NCBI RefSeq assembly: GCF_000738915.1
Contig: NW_026515635.1
Location: 310,001-374,000, forward strand
Length of the DNA: 64,000 nt
Origin: Nematocida ausubeli
Lineage: Eukaryota
Direction: 5' to 3'
The notes under the pieces were generated by a model. It made no database searches, was not told where the DNA came from, and saw only the letters and a list, made by a program, of their open reading frames with translations. Of the stretch, positions 11,033-22,400 are shown piece after piece (position 1 is the stretch's first letter; each line of letters opens with the position of its first letter). Position numbers and translations under genes: made by a program.

Positions 11033-13126
11033 CTATGCAGTGTAGATATTCCACCAGTCCCCAAATAACTTGTACCCAGGCATGTTCTCTATTGCACCAG
11101 AATATCCGTATGTGATTGGGGCAAAGTAAATAAAGCAGGCGGTCACCAGAAGGGCATATGTATATGCAAAGAGCTTTCTTTTCTCTGCAAGGATTGCAAT
11201 CCCAAGAAGACCGAAGAAGAGACAGGGGAGGTAGTGGTGCAAGTAAAGTATCCTGGTGACCATGAGAAATGGAAGGTAATGGAAGGCCCATCCGCCAAGT
11301 AATATGTACATCCTGCCAGACCGCCTTGTATTATACTTATTCAGGGTTTTAATTTTTCTTGTAAGACCCAGCAGGAAATATCCGAAAAGAATGCACAGTG
11401 AGAGAGTGCCTGCGTACCACGTGAAAATATTCCCTACCATGGCGAATCTGGGGACTACTCCATCCCATCTGTTCAGTTTCAGCCACTTTTTTGGCAGCAG
11501 CCATTCCAATGGAAGTGATCCAAAGGTGTCTTTTCCATCGTCCTTCAGGCTATTATTTGCAGTGTTCATGGAGACATTCAGCTCAACAGCACTTCGAATG
11601 AACTCAAAGAAGTTGAGTGCCTTAGGGGGCATGGACTGACTGATGCCTTCATCAGATCTATTCATTTCTATGTTCCAGACAGATCCACTTCCCTTTTCTG
11701 GTGTGCACAGAATTTCTCCCTGCTGGTGTCCCCAGGCTGGGAGTTTATTCCCGGTGTATTTAAGGTAGCAGTTATACTGCGTGCTTTTTATGTAAAAGTG
11801 TGTGGTTAGTGGGTGGAATGCGTCTTCATTCTGGACTGGCTCAAAGTGGAAGACTGCATTTGAGAGGACTGAATTATTCATCTCTTCATTAGACATGCAC
11901 ATGACTTTCTTTGCATCTTCTGGGATTGCATATTTCTCATGGAGTTCTGTCTCTGGGTCTGAAGATGTTCTGGCATCTATTTCATTTACAGTGAGATAAG
12001 TATTTGTCTCTATGTGGTGCATGACTAAGTCTTCATTGCTGTTTACTTTCCCAGCATCTGTGCCTACTTTAAGAATTCTCCAGTGATTGTTGCTGTCTTT
12101 ATGCGGATACGAAGTCACTTGTTGCCCTCCAATTGGATATCTGTCAATGTGGGAGTGCAAGAGTCCTGTGCCCAATCTATTATTCCGGATGGTCACTTTA
12201 TTTCCGTACAGCAGGTCAATGTCATTCTCCAGGACCTCATTATTATGGAGGAAGGATTGAAAGCGACTGCTCATTTCACCATCCCCAGGGCCTGATCTGT
12301 TAAGAACCCAGAAGTGCACATAGAAGGTAAACATGTACACGCACACAGGAATGACTATTAAGGTGACCGCAAGCCTGTAGAACAAAGAGAAAAAAGCTGT
12401 TCTTCTTTTCCGAATTTCCTGCAGGAGAATGTACACAGCAAAAATACCCACGTGTGCAACAGTCAAGAAACCCACCCACTTCACACTCATTGCACAGCCA
12501 ATCGATACACCTAGGCACACTAGGTCTCCCCCAATGCGCTCAACCCGATGGTTCTGCATGACAATCCTAGCCAGAAAGACTTCTGACAGGCATATGAAAA
12601 AGACCAAGAAGGAGTCAAGCAGGATTAGCCTGGAGACACTCACTAAAGCATTTTCAAAGACAAGCCCAAGAGAGACACAAATTGATGCACTCCTCGGTAT
12701 AAGAAGGGTCCGGAGTATAATGTACCCGCAAACAGGCACAGCAGACCCAAAGAGACAATGGAATATGCGCATTCCCACATAGTCCACATCTTCCGTGTAT
12801 GCATCCCCACTTGAAAATGCAAATGACTTGTTCATGCCCACAATCCACCCACTCAGTGCAGTAAGAAGCTTGCCCAAGGGAGGGTGTACATCAAAGAAGA
12901 ACTCCCTGTTCAAGTAGTGCCCTGCAAATTTCCCAAAATGAGCCTCATCCCAAAGAACAAACCCGCCCCTTTCAATCCGGAACATGCGCACAACAAGAGA
13001 GACCAAAAAAATGAACACACAGTCCAAATATAAAGAAGATATCTTCTTTTTCTTTCTTGTGTACTTTTCTTGCTCCTGGATCTTTGTAGTTTTGAAGAGC
13101 CCTTTCTTCAATCTTTCCACTTCCAT
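11033..13126 (-). CDS. PMT: Dolichyl-phosphate-mannose-protein O-mannosyltransferase
   Basis: VLWDEAHFGKFA, FFDVHPPLGK, SRLILLD, MIR domain (LLHSH...QQVTSY), LYLHHYLP. First ATG at 13126. Confidence 0.95.
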   Translation of the reverse strand: MEVERLKKGLFKTTKIQEQEKYTRKKKKISSLYLDCVFIFLVSLVVRMFRIERGGFVLWDEAHFGKFAGHYLNREFFFDVHPPLGKLLTALSGWIVGMNKSFAFSSGDAYTEDVDYVGMRIFHCLFGSAVPVCGYIILRTLLIPRSASICVSLGLVFENALVSVSRLILLDSFLVFFICLSEVFLARIVMQNHRVERIGGDLVCLGVSIGCAMSVKWVGFLTVAHVGIFAVYILLQEIRKRRTAFFSLFYRLAVTLIVIPVCVYMFTFYVHFWVLNRSGPGDGEMSSRFQSFLHNNEVLENDIDLLYGNKVTIRNNRLGTGLLHSHIDRYPIGGQQVTSYPHKDSNNHWRILKVGTDAGKVNSNEDLVMHHIETNTYLTVNEIDARTSSDPETELHEKYAIPEDAKKVMCMSNEEMNNSVLSNAVFHFEPVQNEDAFHPLTTHFYIKSTQYNCYLKYTGNKLPAWGHQQGEILCTPEKGSGSVWNIEMNRSDEGISQSMPPKALNFFEFIRSAVELNVSMNTANNSLKDDGKDTFGSLPLEWLLPKKWLKLNRWDGVVPRFAMVGNIFTWYAGTLSLCILFGYFLLGLTRKIKTLNKYNTRRSGRMYILLGGWAFHYLPFLMVTRILYLHHYLPCLFFGLLGIAILAEKRKLFAYTYALLVTACFIYFAPITYGYSGAIENMPGYKLFGDWWNIYTA

Positions 13127-13859
13127 TAGGAAACAAACAAATGTCAATCTAAAAATATCCTAATATTTTAATATACTCAGAATGTTCCACAGGATGTATC
13201 CTTAAACTATGCGCACTGCACCATGCAAGTCTCCATGGGGCTGTGAATTATTTCTAAAATAAGGTTTTTAGGTGCGGAATACATAAAAATCCTTTTTTAA
13301 AATTCTTTAGGTGCCTGCTAAGCAAAAGAGAAAGAGAGTTTCCGGGTAGAAGACCTTGCAGCACCCCAGAGCGCATAAATGGAAATATCAGGGAATATCA
13401 GATTGGCAGACGCAGTGTAGACTAGAATAGCGTACAAACTCAATATTGAAGTACATCTGTCATTTTGACAATTATTCTTAATATTCTTTATATTGATTCC
13501 CATGGACACACATAACCTGTATTATAGCCGAAATAAAGTTAAATTATTTCAGAATCATGGACACCCATAAGACACATAAGAAAATACATGATATACAGTA
13601 TATATGCACAAGAGAATCAATTAAGCAAAATCCTTGATTTTCGTGCTGATAGAACATAAGATGAATGCCTTTTAATTTAATACACAAAGGATAAATCATT
13701 TCTGATATGTGTGAGTTATTAGTGTATTACTGCTACTGAGGGAAGTATACTAGTTCTGGGTGAAATCCTGCAGAAATATGGTAGATATGTCTAAGTGGGT
13801 TTATTCGCATAATGTAATCTATTTAATTACATTATATATTGATTTATTTTGGCTCTTGT

Positions 13860-15311
13860 ATGAAGATTGCAATGATCAGTGATTTCTTTGCGCCTCGTCT
13901 GGGGGGTGTTGAGAATCATATACTGAACTTAAGCAAGGAGTTGCATAAGCTAGGGCACACAATCATTATTATAACGAATTCCACATCCGATGTCTGCGGG
14001 ATACATTATGTAAGCGGATTTAAGACGTACTACTTGAATTTGTTCTCTTTGTTCAGTGGGAGTATTTTTCCTACAATTATATGCAGTGCTGGCCCTATTG
14101 TAAGCATACTCCTGGAAGAGAAGGTGGATATAGTGCACGGCCACCAATGCAGCACACTTCCCATTGAAGGCATCCTGCACAGCAAAATACTCGGAATTCC
14201 CACGTGCTTCACAAACCACTCTCTTGTAAAAGTACAGTCACTTGGTGGAATAGTCACTGAGACCATGTTCCAATTAGGAGTCAGAACTGCCGACAGAATT
14301 ATATGTGTCTCTGAGGCCTCAAAGGAAAACACAGCAGAGAGACTTGATATAAGCAGGAACAGAATCACAGTTATCCCGAATGCAGTTACAGAAGAGTTCA
14401 AGCCAAATGAGATACAGGAAGATGCAGACACCTACAGAAGAAGTAACCATAAAAAATGCATGGAAAAGAAAGAGTGCACAGAAGAGGAAATAGCGCAGGA
14501 GAATAATGTAAATGTGCAGTGCCCAATGAAGGATGCTATAAGCAGCCAGTATGATCTGGATAAGTTTCACAGAATAATTCAAATACGAAAGGAATGTGGT
14601 TGGGTCTCTGGGGAGATAGTTATTGCAGTGGTGAGTCGGCTCACTCGCAGAAAAGGCGCTGACCTGCTGGCTTCCCTTCTTCCGTCCATCTGCAAGATAG
14701 ATGACCGCGTGAGAGTTTTAATTGCAGGTGATGGGGACAAGAAAGAACTTCTTGAGCACACCGTCGAGAAGCACAAGCTAAAGGAAAAAGTGAAATTTCT
14801 TGGGGGGGTGCACCCGTCGATTGTAAACAGTGTGCTAAACCAGTCAGACCTATTCTTGAACACTTCACTCACAGACGCCTTCTGCATCTCCATAATAGAA
14901 GCTGCTGCATGCGGTCTGTACGTTGTGAGCACGGATGTGGATGGAATATCTGAAGTGCTTCCGAAGGACATGGTGACTCTTGTCCCTCCTGTCTTTCACG
15001 GCATCCTTCGGGGAATAGAGTCTGCTCTCCCAAGGATCCGCACGTACGACAAAGTAGTCTCCCATAGAAGAGTGCACTCAATGTATAAATGGTCTTTGGT
15101 TGCATCAAAAACAGACCAAGTATACAGAAGCATTTTTCGCAGGAAAGAGACAGCAGCACTGCAGAGAGTGTGGGACAGCCTGCAAGAAATGTATTCTAGA
15201 CAGTGCGCCAGAGTCTCTATCATTTTCAGTGGGCTTCTGTTGGTAAATTATGTGATTATTTTTACTTTGGTCTTCTTCTATGAAAGTAGAAAAAGACACA
15301 CGAAAGTTTAA
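13860..15311 (+). CDS. GPI3: GPI GlcNAc transferase catalytic subunit (PIG-A/Gpi3)
   Basis: MISDFFAPRLGGVENHI, VHGHQ, VIPNAV, VSRLTRRKGADL, FLNTSLTDAFC...EAAACG; C-terminal TM helix. Confidence 0.93.
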   Translation: MKIAMISDFFAPRLGGVENHILNLSKELHKLGHTIIIITNSTSDVCGIHYVSGFKTYYLNLFSLFSGSIFPTIICSAGPIVSILLEEKVDIVHGHQCSTLPIEGILHSKILGIPTCFTNHSLVKVQSLGGIVTETMFQLGVRTADRIICVSEASKENTAERLDISRNRITVIPNAVTEEFKPNEIQEDADTYRRSNHKKCMEKKECTEEEIAQENNVNVQCPMKDAISSQYDLDKFHRIIQIRKECGWVSGEIVIAVVSRLTRRKGADLLASLLPSICKIDDRVRVLIAGDGDKKELLEHTVEKHKLKEKVKFLGGVHPSIVNSVLNQSDLFLNTSLTDAFCISIIEAAACGLYVVSTDVDGISEVLPKDMVTLVPPVFHGILRGIESALPRIRTYDKVVSHRRVHSMYKWSLVASKTDQVYRSIFRRKETAALQRVWDSLQEMYSRQCARVSIIFSGLLLVNYVIIFTLVFFYESRKRHTKV

Positions 15312-15318
15312 CACATCA

Positions 15319-15570
15319 ATGTATAAGTTAACTGGATTTGATCACATCCGGATAAAGCACACCTTGAATGCCCAGACCTTTAAGAGAATCTTTCAGAGAT
15401 ACAAAATAGTAGAGCACTCTGCGTTTACAGAGCTAGTGCTTCATGGAACAGCTGAGGAGCTGGAAAGTGAGCGTAAAAAGATAGAAAAAGTCGTTGTGCA
15501 GATGCAAAGAATCATGGCTGCCATGGGAAGAGTGTCTCTAATCTGGGAAGAGGGCGAATCCGTTATCTAG
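15319..15570 (+). CDS. Small hypothetical protein (83 aa)
   Basis: ATG 7 bp after the PIG-A stop; protein-like composition; no family recognised. Confidence 0.5.
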   Translation: MYKLTGFDHIRIKHTLNAQTFKRIFQRYKIVEHSAFTELVLHGTAEELESERKKIEKVVVQMQRIMAAMGRVSLIWEEGESVI

Positions 15571-16115
15571 TAATATATCTTGCCCATAGCCCAAGTTTAT
15601 TTTTCTATTGCAACCGCACGGCATAAATAGAAATAAATAGCATTCTCTAACCAGACACTCCAGTACTTCTGGGAATCACTTTTTAACTGCAGCAAGAATA
15701 ACTGCCGCTAGTGCATGCTGTACATACAGCTGAAATTACGACAGTTCAGCAAACTTTCATAAAAATGCAATAACGTAAGTGGAAAGTCAAGTGGCATGTT
15801 ATAAATGAATAGATAAGAATTAGTGTGCTTCTATGCGTGTTTTGTGCAGTTCCAAGGGATTTCTGCATAACCAGATTCTCTCAGTATGCAAATACAAAAG
15901 TGCCCGTAATGTTTCTAGTTATGCAGATTATGGTATACAAGAGGGCAGTGGTAGATAAGATAGCAGATAACTTTATGAATTTATGCTGATTATTCTGGTT
16001 ATATCTGGCTATTTTGATAAGATTCTGTCAGTTACTTTAATCCACCCAGAAACTGTCTTCTACTTGCTAAATAGTGAAATATTAGGAATTCAGGCTATAT
16101 TTATACTGCAGTAAT

Positions 16116-17171
16116 TTATTTCTGTATTGGGCGAATGTATCTCTCAAAGACACTTTCCACACTGTCTGCAATGATCCCGCATACGCCAAGACGTAGTTGC
16201 TCTTCAATTTTTACAAACTCAGAGTTTCCTTTGCCGTATGTTATAAGGGAAAGGCCCTTCTCTCTTATCATCTTTACAATATGAAGATTATTCAAGACCT
16301 CCTCTACTTCTGTCACTATCCCAGGCAGTCTCTGGGTCTCAGCATATTTTACACTTTCTTCAGTGAGTTTTTCCACCAAGAACAGCACACTCTGGGTGTG
16401 TTTCCTGAGCTCAGTGCAGACTTCCTGGCTGAATGAGCTATACACAATCTCCCTGCCTTTTCCATGCTCTGCTACCACATCCAAAACAGCTTTGCACCAT
16501 ATTTCTGCTGAAATATTCTGCTGCTCGAATTTCACCTCTACATTCAAGCCAATTTCAGTAGAGCACAATAGCTCAGAGAGCAGAAGAACTCCTTGCTGAA
16601 GAAGCTCAGATGAATGAATTCTATCGATCTGCATGCCATTCAAGGACAGGTCATGATGCACAAACACCACTTCATCTAGGCTTAACTGCACATCTATCTC
16701 AGCCATTTTCAAAAACTTCCCACATGCCAGGATAGCTGCAACTGTATTCTCCCCAAGCGCATGCCCATTTCCCATCCCCCGGTGCCCAATAAACTGCACC
16801 TCCCCATAGCTTCGGATTATATCAGGCGTGTGCATCTGCATATCCTCCTTAATACTGCCATTATCGCCTGAATTATCTATATCCCCACAGTCTTTTGTTT
16901 TTTCGCATATGACTGCATCTATCTTTTCATTGCTTTTATTACACCCTTCAGTATTGCACATCCAACTTTGATGTTTACACGTAAATTTACTATTTGTAGT
17001 GGTTTCATAGCAGAAGCAAGTTCTTTCATCCACACTATTCCCGCAAAATACCATACTCTCATTTTTCTGGATATTATTTTTATCTATGCCGCCATTCTTG
17101 CATTCTGTAATTTCTGAGTCATTTGCATTTTTCCCGGGAAGTAATTTCTCCTTGTGTTTATTATGTGGCAT
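16116..17171 (-). CDS. Glycerophosphodiester phosphodiesterase (GDPD)
   Basis: IGHRG, GENT, AEIDVQLSLD..VHHD, NVEVK, YSSF motifs. Start placed at MPHNKH (17171) so it does not overlap Scd6. Confidence 0.85.
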   Translation of the reverse strand: MPHNKHKEKLLPGKNANDSEITECKNGGIDKNNIQKNESMVFCGNSVDERTCFCYETTTNSKFTCKHQSWMCNTEGCNKSNEKIDAVICEKTKDCGDIDNSGDNGSIKEDMQMHTPDIIRSYGEVQFIGHRGMGNGHALGENTVAAILACGKFLKMAEIDVQLSLDEVVFVHHDLSLNGMQIDRIHSSELLQQGVLLLSELLCSTEIGLNVEVKFEQQNISAEIWCKAVLDVVAEHGKGREIVYSSFSQEVCTELRKHTQSVLFLVEKLTEESVKYAETQRLPGIVTEVEEVLNNLHIVKMIREKGLSLITYGKGNSEFVKIEEQLRLGVCGIIADSVESVFERYIRPIQK

Positions 17172-17184
17172 TGACAAATATTTT

Positions 17185-17784
17185 ATGTTTGAGCTAATTA
17201 AAAGAACGGGAAGAAGTATTGAAATGCTTTCTAAATCGGAAGTGCGGTATATTGGCACACTTTCCGCATACGACGAAGCAAGGGGCACGATTACCCTCTC
17301 GAAAGTGCGGTCGTTTGGATCGGAGAACAGGAGTGCGCCCGTGAAGATACACCACGGCACACAAATATACGAATATATTGTATTTAAGCTGGAAAATATA
17401 CAAAGCATACGGCACAATAACGAGTGGGTCTCCATAATAGACGGCTCCCCAGTGGAAGTTCCTCCGTGCCCAAGTGCTCCCTTGGAAGACCGCACTCCAC
17501 AGAACTCTCAGGTAATATACGGAACAGGGCCCAGAGAGACAGACGCACTAGAATCCACTTCGCACAAACACAGTAGGAGTTCATTCTACAGGTACAACAA
17601 ATATTCTGGATTTGGAGCAAATAGAAGCAGAGACAGAGGGTCTTTAACGAAAGGCATTGTAGTGCCAGATGAAGAGTACGACTTCGTACAGAATAACAAA
17701 GAGATGGAAAAGAACAGAGAGAAGCACGCTGTAGAGTACAATAATACATATGATCCAGACTTCTTCTTTGACTCTCTGAAGTAA
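17185..17784 (+). CDS. SCD6: Lsm14/Scd6 translational repressor
   Basis: LSKSEVRYIGTL, VRSFGSENR, YEYIVF, FDF-like EEYDFVQNN, FFD box YDPDFFFDSL. Confidence 0.9.
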   Translation: MFELIKRTGRSIEMLSKSEVRYIGTLSAYDEARGTITLSKVRSFGSENRSAPVKIHHGTQIYEYIVFKLENIQSIRHNNEWVSIIDGSPVEVPPCPSAPLEDRTPQNSQVIYGTGPRETDALESTSHKHSRSSFYRYNKYSGFGANRSRDRGSLTKGIVVPDEEYDFVQNNKEMEKNREKHAVEYNNTYDPDFFFDSLK

Positions 17785-17931
17785 AACAAAGAATGCGCAC
17801 AGGCAAACAAAACAGCACACGAGAGACGCACAGGAAATATATCTGTAGAAGATACGCCTGTATCAAAGCCATGCGCAAAAGTGCTTTAAAGTGTATCTAT
17901 TTAAAGAGAAAAAATTTGCCCATGCAAGTTT

Positions 17932-19377
17932 ATGACAGAACAAAAGAAAAGACAACTAAATACGTTTGCCGATGAGCATACAGATGTATCCACTGGGATA
18001 TTAAACCAGAAACAGGAAGAAAAAGAAGGCGAGAGCGTGCAGAAGATAAAAGAGCAAGCCCTCACTGATGAAATACAGCAGAATGCAGGAGAGCAGGAGA
18101 GCGAAGAGGATGAGGAGTTGAACATGGACGAAGTCATTGAACTTCCAAATGAAATACCAACAAACTCCAGTCTTATTGCAGGAGTGCTTGTGGTAGATGA
18201 GAAGGGAGGAGAGGCTGATTTGGCAGAATCCTTCGATGCCATGGGCCTGGGAGAAGACATTCTTAAGGGAATCTTCTCTCTTGGCTTTGATAAGCCGTCT
18301 CCCATCCAGATGACAGCCATTATCCCCTTGCTTAAAGGAAGGGACTTGAGGGCACAGGCACAGAGTGGAACAGGAAAGACAGCTGCCTTCGGAATTGCAT
18401 CCCTCCAGTCAGTTGACCAGAGATTAAAGGAGCTGCAGGTTATCATTATGGAGACAACAAGAGAACTTGCCATACAGACATGCTCAGTGCTCCAGGGAAT
18501 TGGGTCCTCCACAAACATCTGCGTAGAGGCAATCTACGGAGGAGTCAGAATTTCAGAGTCCTTGGATAAAGTAAAGAAGAGACCCCAGATTCTGGTGGGC
18601 ACCCCAGGAAGACTGCTGCACTTGATAGAAATGAAGCAGCTAAATTTGAATCATGTGAAACTGTTCATTCTTGATGAGGCTGATGAGATGCTTAAGAAGG
18701 GCTTTTTGGAGTCCATCAACTTACTGTACAATAAAATACCGAACAAGCAGATTCAGGTGGGTCTGTTCTCGGCTACATGGAGTAAGGAGGAGCAGGAAAT
18801 CACAGCACAGATTCTTAATGACCCAGTGATCATCTCTCTTAAGGACGAAGATCAGACCTTGAAGGGAATTAAGCAGTACTATGTGAACGTAGGGGACAAG
18901 AGAGGAGCCTCTGTGGACATGACTAAGTTTGAAGTACTTTGCGATTTGTACGATAGAGGATCCATCTCCCAGTCTGTCATATTCTGCAACAAGGTGGAGA
19001 GAGCCATCAACATTCAGAAGAACATGATAGAAAGAGGATTTGAGTGCGAGATCTTCCACAGTGAACTTCCTCAGGAGGTGCGTAATGATGTCATGAAGAG
19101 ATTCGCAGAGGGTAAGTGCAGAACCCTCGTCTCCTCAGGACTTCTTGCCCGTGGAGTTGACGTGCAGACACTCAGTGTGGTAATTAACTTTGACGTCCCA
19201 CAGGAGAAGGAAATAGAGAACTATATTCACAGAATTGGAAGAGCAGGAAGATACGGTAGAAAAGGAACTGCCATTAACCTTGTCTCTGCTGATGACATGG
19301 AGATGATCAAGAAGTACGAGAAGCACTACAATACAACAATTATTCCCCTGCCAAGCAACATAGTTGAGTCTCTTTAA
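17932..19377 (+). CDS. eIF4A: DEAD-box helicase, eIF4A family, with acidic N-terminal extension
   Basis: Q motif GFDKPSPIQ, AQSGTGKT, GTPGR, DEADEML, SAT, ARGVD, HRIGRAGRYGRKG. Confidence 0.88.
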   Translation: MTEQKKRQLNTFADEHTDVSTGILNQKQEEKEGESVQKIKEQALTDEIQQNAGEQESEEDEELNMDEVIELPNEIPTNSSLIAGVLVVDEKGGEADLAESFDAMGLGEDILKGIFSLGFDKPSPIQMTAIIPLLKGRDLRAQAQSGTGKTAAFGIASLQSVDQRLKELQVIIMETTRELAIQTCSVLQGIGSSTNICVEAIYGGVRISESLDKVKKRPQILVGTPGRLLHLIEMKQLNLNHVKLFILDEADEMLKKGFLESINLLYNKIPNKQIQVGLFSATWSKEEQEITAQILNDPVIISLKDEDQTLKGIKQYYVNVGDKRGASVDMTKFEVLCDLYDRGSISQSVIFCNKVERAINIQKNMIERGFECEIFHSELPQEVRNDVMKRFAEGKCRTLVSSGLLARGVDVQTLSVVINFDVPQEKEIENYIHRIGRAGRYGRKGTAINLVSADDMEMIKKYEKHYNTTIIPLPSNIVESL

Positions 19378-19453
19378 TAAAGATTAAATTTCAATAAAGC
19401 TTTTGGCAAAATCACCGCCTACTTTCCCTAAACAAGATGGAATATTTATTCTA

Positions 19454-21271
19454 TTACATGTGCGATGCATTTGCTACTTCCCGGTGGCTGTCATTCTGCA
19501 GGTCCTTCAGGATGCTTTCCTTTTCTTCAAGTATCCCTTGGGACACCATCTTTGCCACAGTCAGGCGCACTTGCGGGATTGCATCCACAGCAAGGTCTGC
19601 CAGATTTCTTGCCAGAAGTTTTTGCACGCGGCGCGGCCAGAGGGTCTGCAGAACCCGGCCCAAGGCAGTGGCATATGCAATCCTGTGGGCATAGTGTGTG
19701 CTGCCCTTCAGGAACTCCAGAGACGCAAGCATCTCGTTGCAGACCCAGCTGGCCCCAAAGCTAATTGATATTTCAGCAAGAATTGTGGCTGCCTCCTTTC
19801 TGACAAGCCATATTGGATCAACAAACATCCTGAAGAAAGGCTCCTTCAGATACTCATAGAAGTACTGCTTGTCCATCTGCCGGGAGAGTGAAGAGATGCT
19901 TTTCAAAACAGCAGTGCGTGTCCTCCAGTCAGCACTCTTTAAGTCGTTTATCACAGGGCTCAGGGCGTCTGTAATGGCACCTGCCCCAAGCTTCTTGTAA
20001 AGTGTCTTTAGCTTGCTGATGGTTTCTATCTTTGTATTCTGGTCTTCATCTGCTAGAAGTCTTTTGATGATTGGGGAGACAAAGAGCTCCATGTCTTCCT
20101 TTGTTATGATTTCAGAGACAGCTGAAAGTATTCCTGGGACTATTTCCCTTACATCTGGGGACCTGTCGCACGAGGCTCTGTCTATGATGTAGAGAATTTT
20201 ATTCTTTGTCTGCGGTGCCTCCTTTAATATTTCTGGCGTTCTTTTAATAATGCTTTTCCTGACTTCGTCCTCTCTGTCATCAACTAGCCTGTCAATGCAC
20301 TTTAAGACTGCTGCATTTTTGTCCTGCAGAAGTTGCTCGCTGTCTGGGGCACTTTCTTCTGATGGGCGGTGCTGGTCTGTTAGCTCTGAAAACCCACTTA
20401 TTCTGTGCCTCTGCGGGTATGCTGGGGGAATATGCCGTACAGTCTGTGAATAATCTGCATGGACCTCGTTCATATGCAGTATCACATCCTTGATAATCTG
20501 CGTGGAGCTGCTTCTGACTTTCCAGCTGTTGTCAGTAGATGCTATTTTGAAGGCGTTCATGGTAAACTGCGAGTTTTCTTGTGTTTTGTCCAGAAGCAGC
20601 AGCGGGTAGATGAAAAAGCTTCTCACTGTGTCATCTGTGTCTAGCAAGGCTACATCCACAATCTGCTTAATCTCTGGCTCAGTGCAGAAATACAAAATGA
20701 TCTCCCCGGATGAAAAACACTTTCTTCTTACAATTGGAAGCGGGTCTACTTGAAGTGCCTTGAAAAGGTCTTTTAGCTTCCTGAGGTGAATATTACTCGG
20801 TACTTCTACTAGAAACTTTCTGAGTAGAGAAATGGCAGATATTCTGTGCATCACAAATTTACTTCCCCCTAGACGGCATATAAACTCTTCTATGCCGTAT
20901 ATCTCATGGTCCACTCTTCCTTCTCTCCCTAATAATACACCTTCTATGAGGGAATTTGTAGCTAGCTCTCGGATCCTGTCATCTCGTGTCAGAAATATTT
21001 CCTTGTACAGCGTGTACAGTGGCTTTATTTCCTGCAGTATTTCCTTTGCTATTCGCTCTAGCTGCCTAACAATAGGCACCTTGGACTCTTCATTTGTGTC
21101 TAGAATGGTTTTCACAAATGGAATTAAATACTGCACTGTGTATATAGATCCAATCTCCTTGGATATTTTGTATAAGCTATTGATACTTTCCTCCCTTAGC
21201 TTTGCATTTGATGACTGCATTTTCTCGATTTCCTTCTCAATTTCATCGTAGCTTACAGTATCTCTTGGCAT
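19454..21271 (-). CDS. TPD3: PP2A scaffold subunit A (HEAT repeats)
   Basis: HEAT repeats DPLPIVRR, DNSWKVR, SADWRTRTAVL, DAIPQVRLTVAK, DSHREV. Start at MPRDTV (21271); the upstream part of the ORF is antisense to Cia1. Confidence 0.88.
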   Translation of the reverse strand: MPRDTVSYDEIEKEIEKMQSSNAKLREESINSLYKISKEIGSIYTVQYLIPFVKTILDTNEESKVPIVRQLERIAKEILQEIKPLYTLYKEIFLTRDDRIRELATNSLIEGVLLGREGRVDHEIYGIEEFICRLGGSKFVMHRISAISLLRKFLVEVPSNIHLRKLKDLFKALQVDPLPIVRRKCFSSGEIILYFCTEPEIKQIVDVALLDTDDTVRSFFIYPLLLLDKTQENSQFTMNAFKIASTDNSWKVRSSSTQIIKDVILHMNEVHADYSQTVRHIPPAYPQRHRISGFSELTDQHRPSEESAPDSEQLLQDKNAAVLKCIDRLVDDREDEVRKSIIKRTPEILKEAPQTKNKILYIIDRASCDRSPDVREIVPGILSAVSEIITKEDMELFVSPIIKRLLADEDQNTKIETISKLKTLYKKLGAGAITDALSPVINDLKSADWRTRTAVLKSISSLSRQMDKQYFYEYLKEPFFRMFVDPIWLVRKEAATILAEISISFGASWVCNEMLASLEFLKGSTHYAHRIAYATALGRVLQTLWPRRVQKLLARNLADLAVDAIPQVRLTVAKMVSQGILEEKESILKDLQNDSHREVANASHM

Positions 21272-21305
21272 AACACCCCACAAAATAAAAATAGAAAATA
21301 TACGC

Positions 21306-22400
21306 ATGGGTATTATTTCTGGAGAAGTTGTGCAGAGAGAGGTGGCTGGTGGGATTGGGTGGTCAATGTGCCAGAATGAAAAAGTGTTGTGCCTTGGGAT
21401 GGAGGGTGATTTAATTATATACGACTTGGCGAGTTTGCAAGTAATGAAAAAAATAGAAACAAGAAGTGACCCACAGCGCACTCTATGCATGGTGGAGCAC
21501 AAAGGGGAAAATATTGCAAAACCAGAAGAGAATAATAATATCACGGAGGAGAACATAAAAAGCAGTTTACAGGAAAGTACAGATGATATGCCGTATAGTG
21601 TTGATAGAAGGCATGATGGTGAAGTGATCAGAAGATGTGAGTTTATGGGGAAGAGTGATATCCTGGGAGTGGGATATTTCAGTGGAGTCTGTGATATTAT
21701 AAATACATCAACTGGAGAGGCACTTGACCGGCTGGAAGGGGATGACACAGAGGTGAAGAGTGTTGCATTCAGTGAGTGTGGTAGATTTGGGTTCAGCACA
21801 AGGCAGGGAAGTCTCTGGGTCTGGGCACTGAATGATGAAGCCACCTGGGAAATAGAGGAGATCATTGAGTACAGTGAGAATGATGTGAAGAGCATACTGT
21901 GGCACAGGAATAGCCTGATTTCAGTTGGGTATAGCAATGAGATTGTTGTGTACAGCAGGTGGGAGGACGATATATGCGATGTAAAGTGGGAGATACAGAG
22001 TATATTTAAGGCAGATGCATGCGTCTGGGATATTGCAGTTGTAGATGGAGATACTTCTTACATGGCAGCTGTAACACAGAGCGGTCTCCTGAAGATACTC
22101 ACAAAAAGTGGCGAAGCTGCATGGGAAGAGGCCTCAGAGCATAAAGTGTCTGAGTACCCAATTATATCCGTGTGCTGTGGAGTGGGTGATGGAAAGGCAT
22201 GTTTTGCAATGATCGTAGACAGACGCCGTCTGGCTCTTTACGCCATGGATGGTTCTCTGATTGAAGAGACTCCTCTTCTAACAGAGTATGATGAGCCTGT
22301 GGACATACTTTTCTCAAAGGAAACTTCTTCATTTATAGTTCTCTCCTACCAAATCAAGTGCCAAATGAAGAGCACCATTATTAGGTGCATCAAAGTGTAA
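21306..22400 (+). CDS. CIA1: WD40 protein Cia1 (cytosolic Fe-S assembly)
   Basis: LEGDDTEVKSVAFS, STRQGSLWVW and SENDVKSILWH match the Cia1 repeats (GHENEVKSVAW, HTQDVKHVVWH). Confidence 0.75.
   Translation: MGIISGEVVQREVAGGIGWSMCQNEKVLCLGMEGDLIIYDLASLQVMKKIETRSDPQRTLCMVEHKGENIAKPEENNNITEENIKSSLQESTDDMPYSVDRRHDGEVIRRCEFMGKSDILGVGYFSGVCDIINTSTGEALDRLEGDDTEVKSVAFSECGRFGFSTRQGSLWVWALNDEATWEIEEIIEYSENDVKSILWHRNSLISVGYSNEIVVYSRWEDDICDVKWEIQSIFKADACVWDIAVVDGDTSYMAAVTQSGLLKILTKSGEAAWEEASEHKVSEYPIISVCCGVGDGKACFAMIVDRRRLALYAMDGSLIEETPLLTEYDEPVDILFSKETSSFIVLSYQIKCQMKSTIIRCIKV

Noticed and set aside
17172..17495. N-terminal extension of the GDPD ORF suggesting a gene overlap
   Set aside because: Antisense shadow of Scd6; an ATG at 17171 gives a non-overlapping divergent pair.
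21272..21937. N-terminal 222 aa of the 827-aa ORF
   Set aside because: Antisense to Cia1 with a non-ATG start; PP2A-A similarity begins at 21271.
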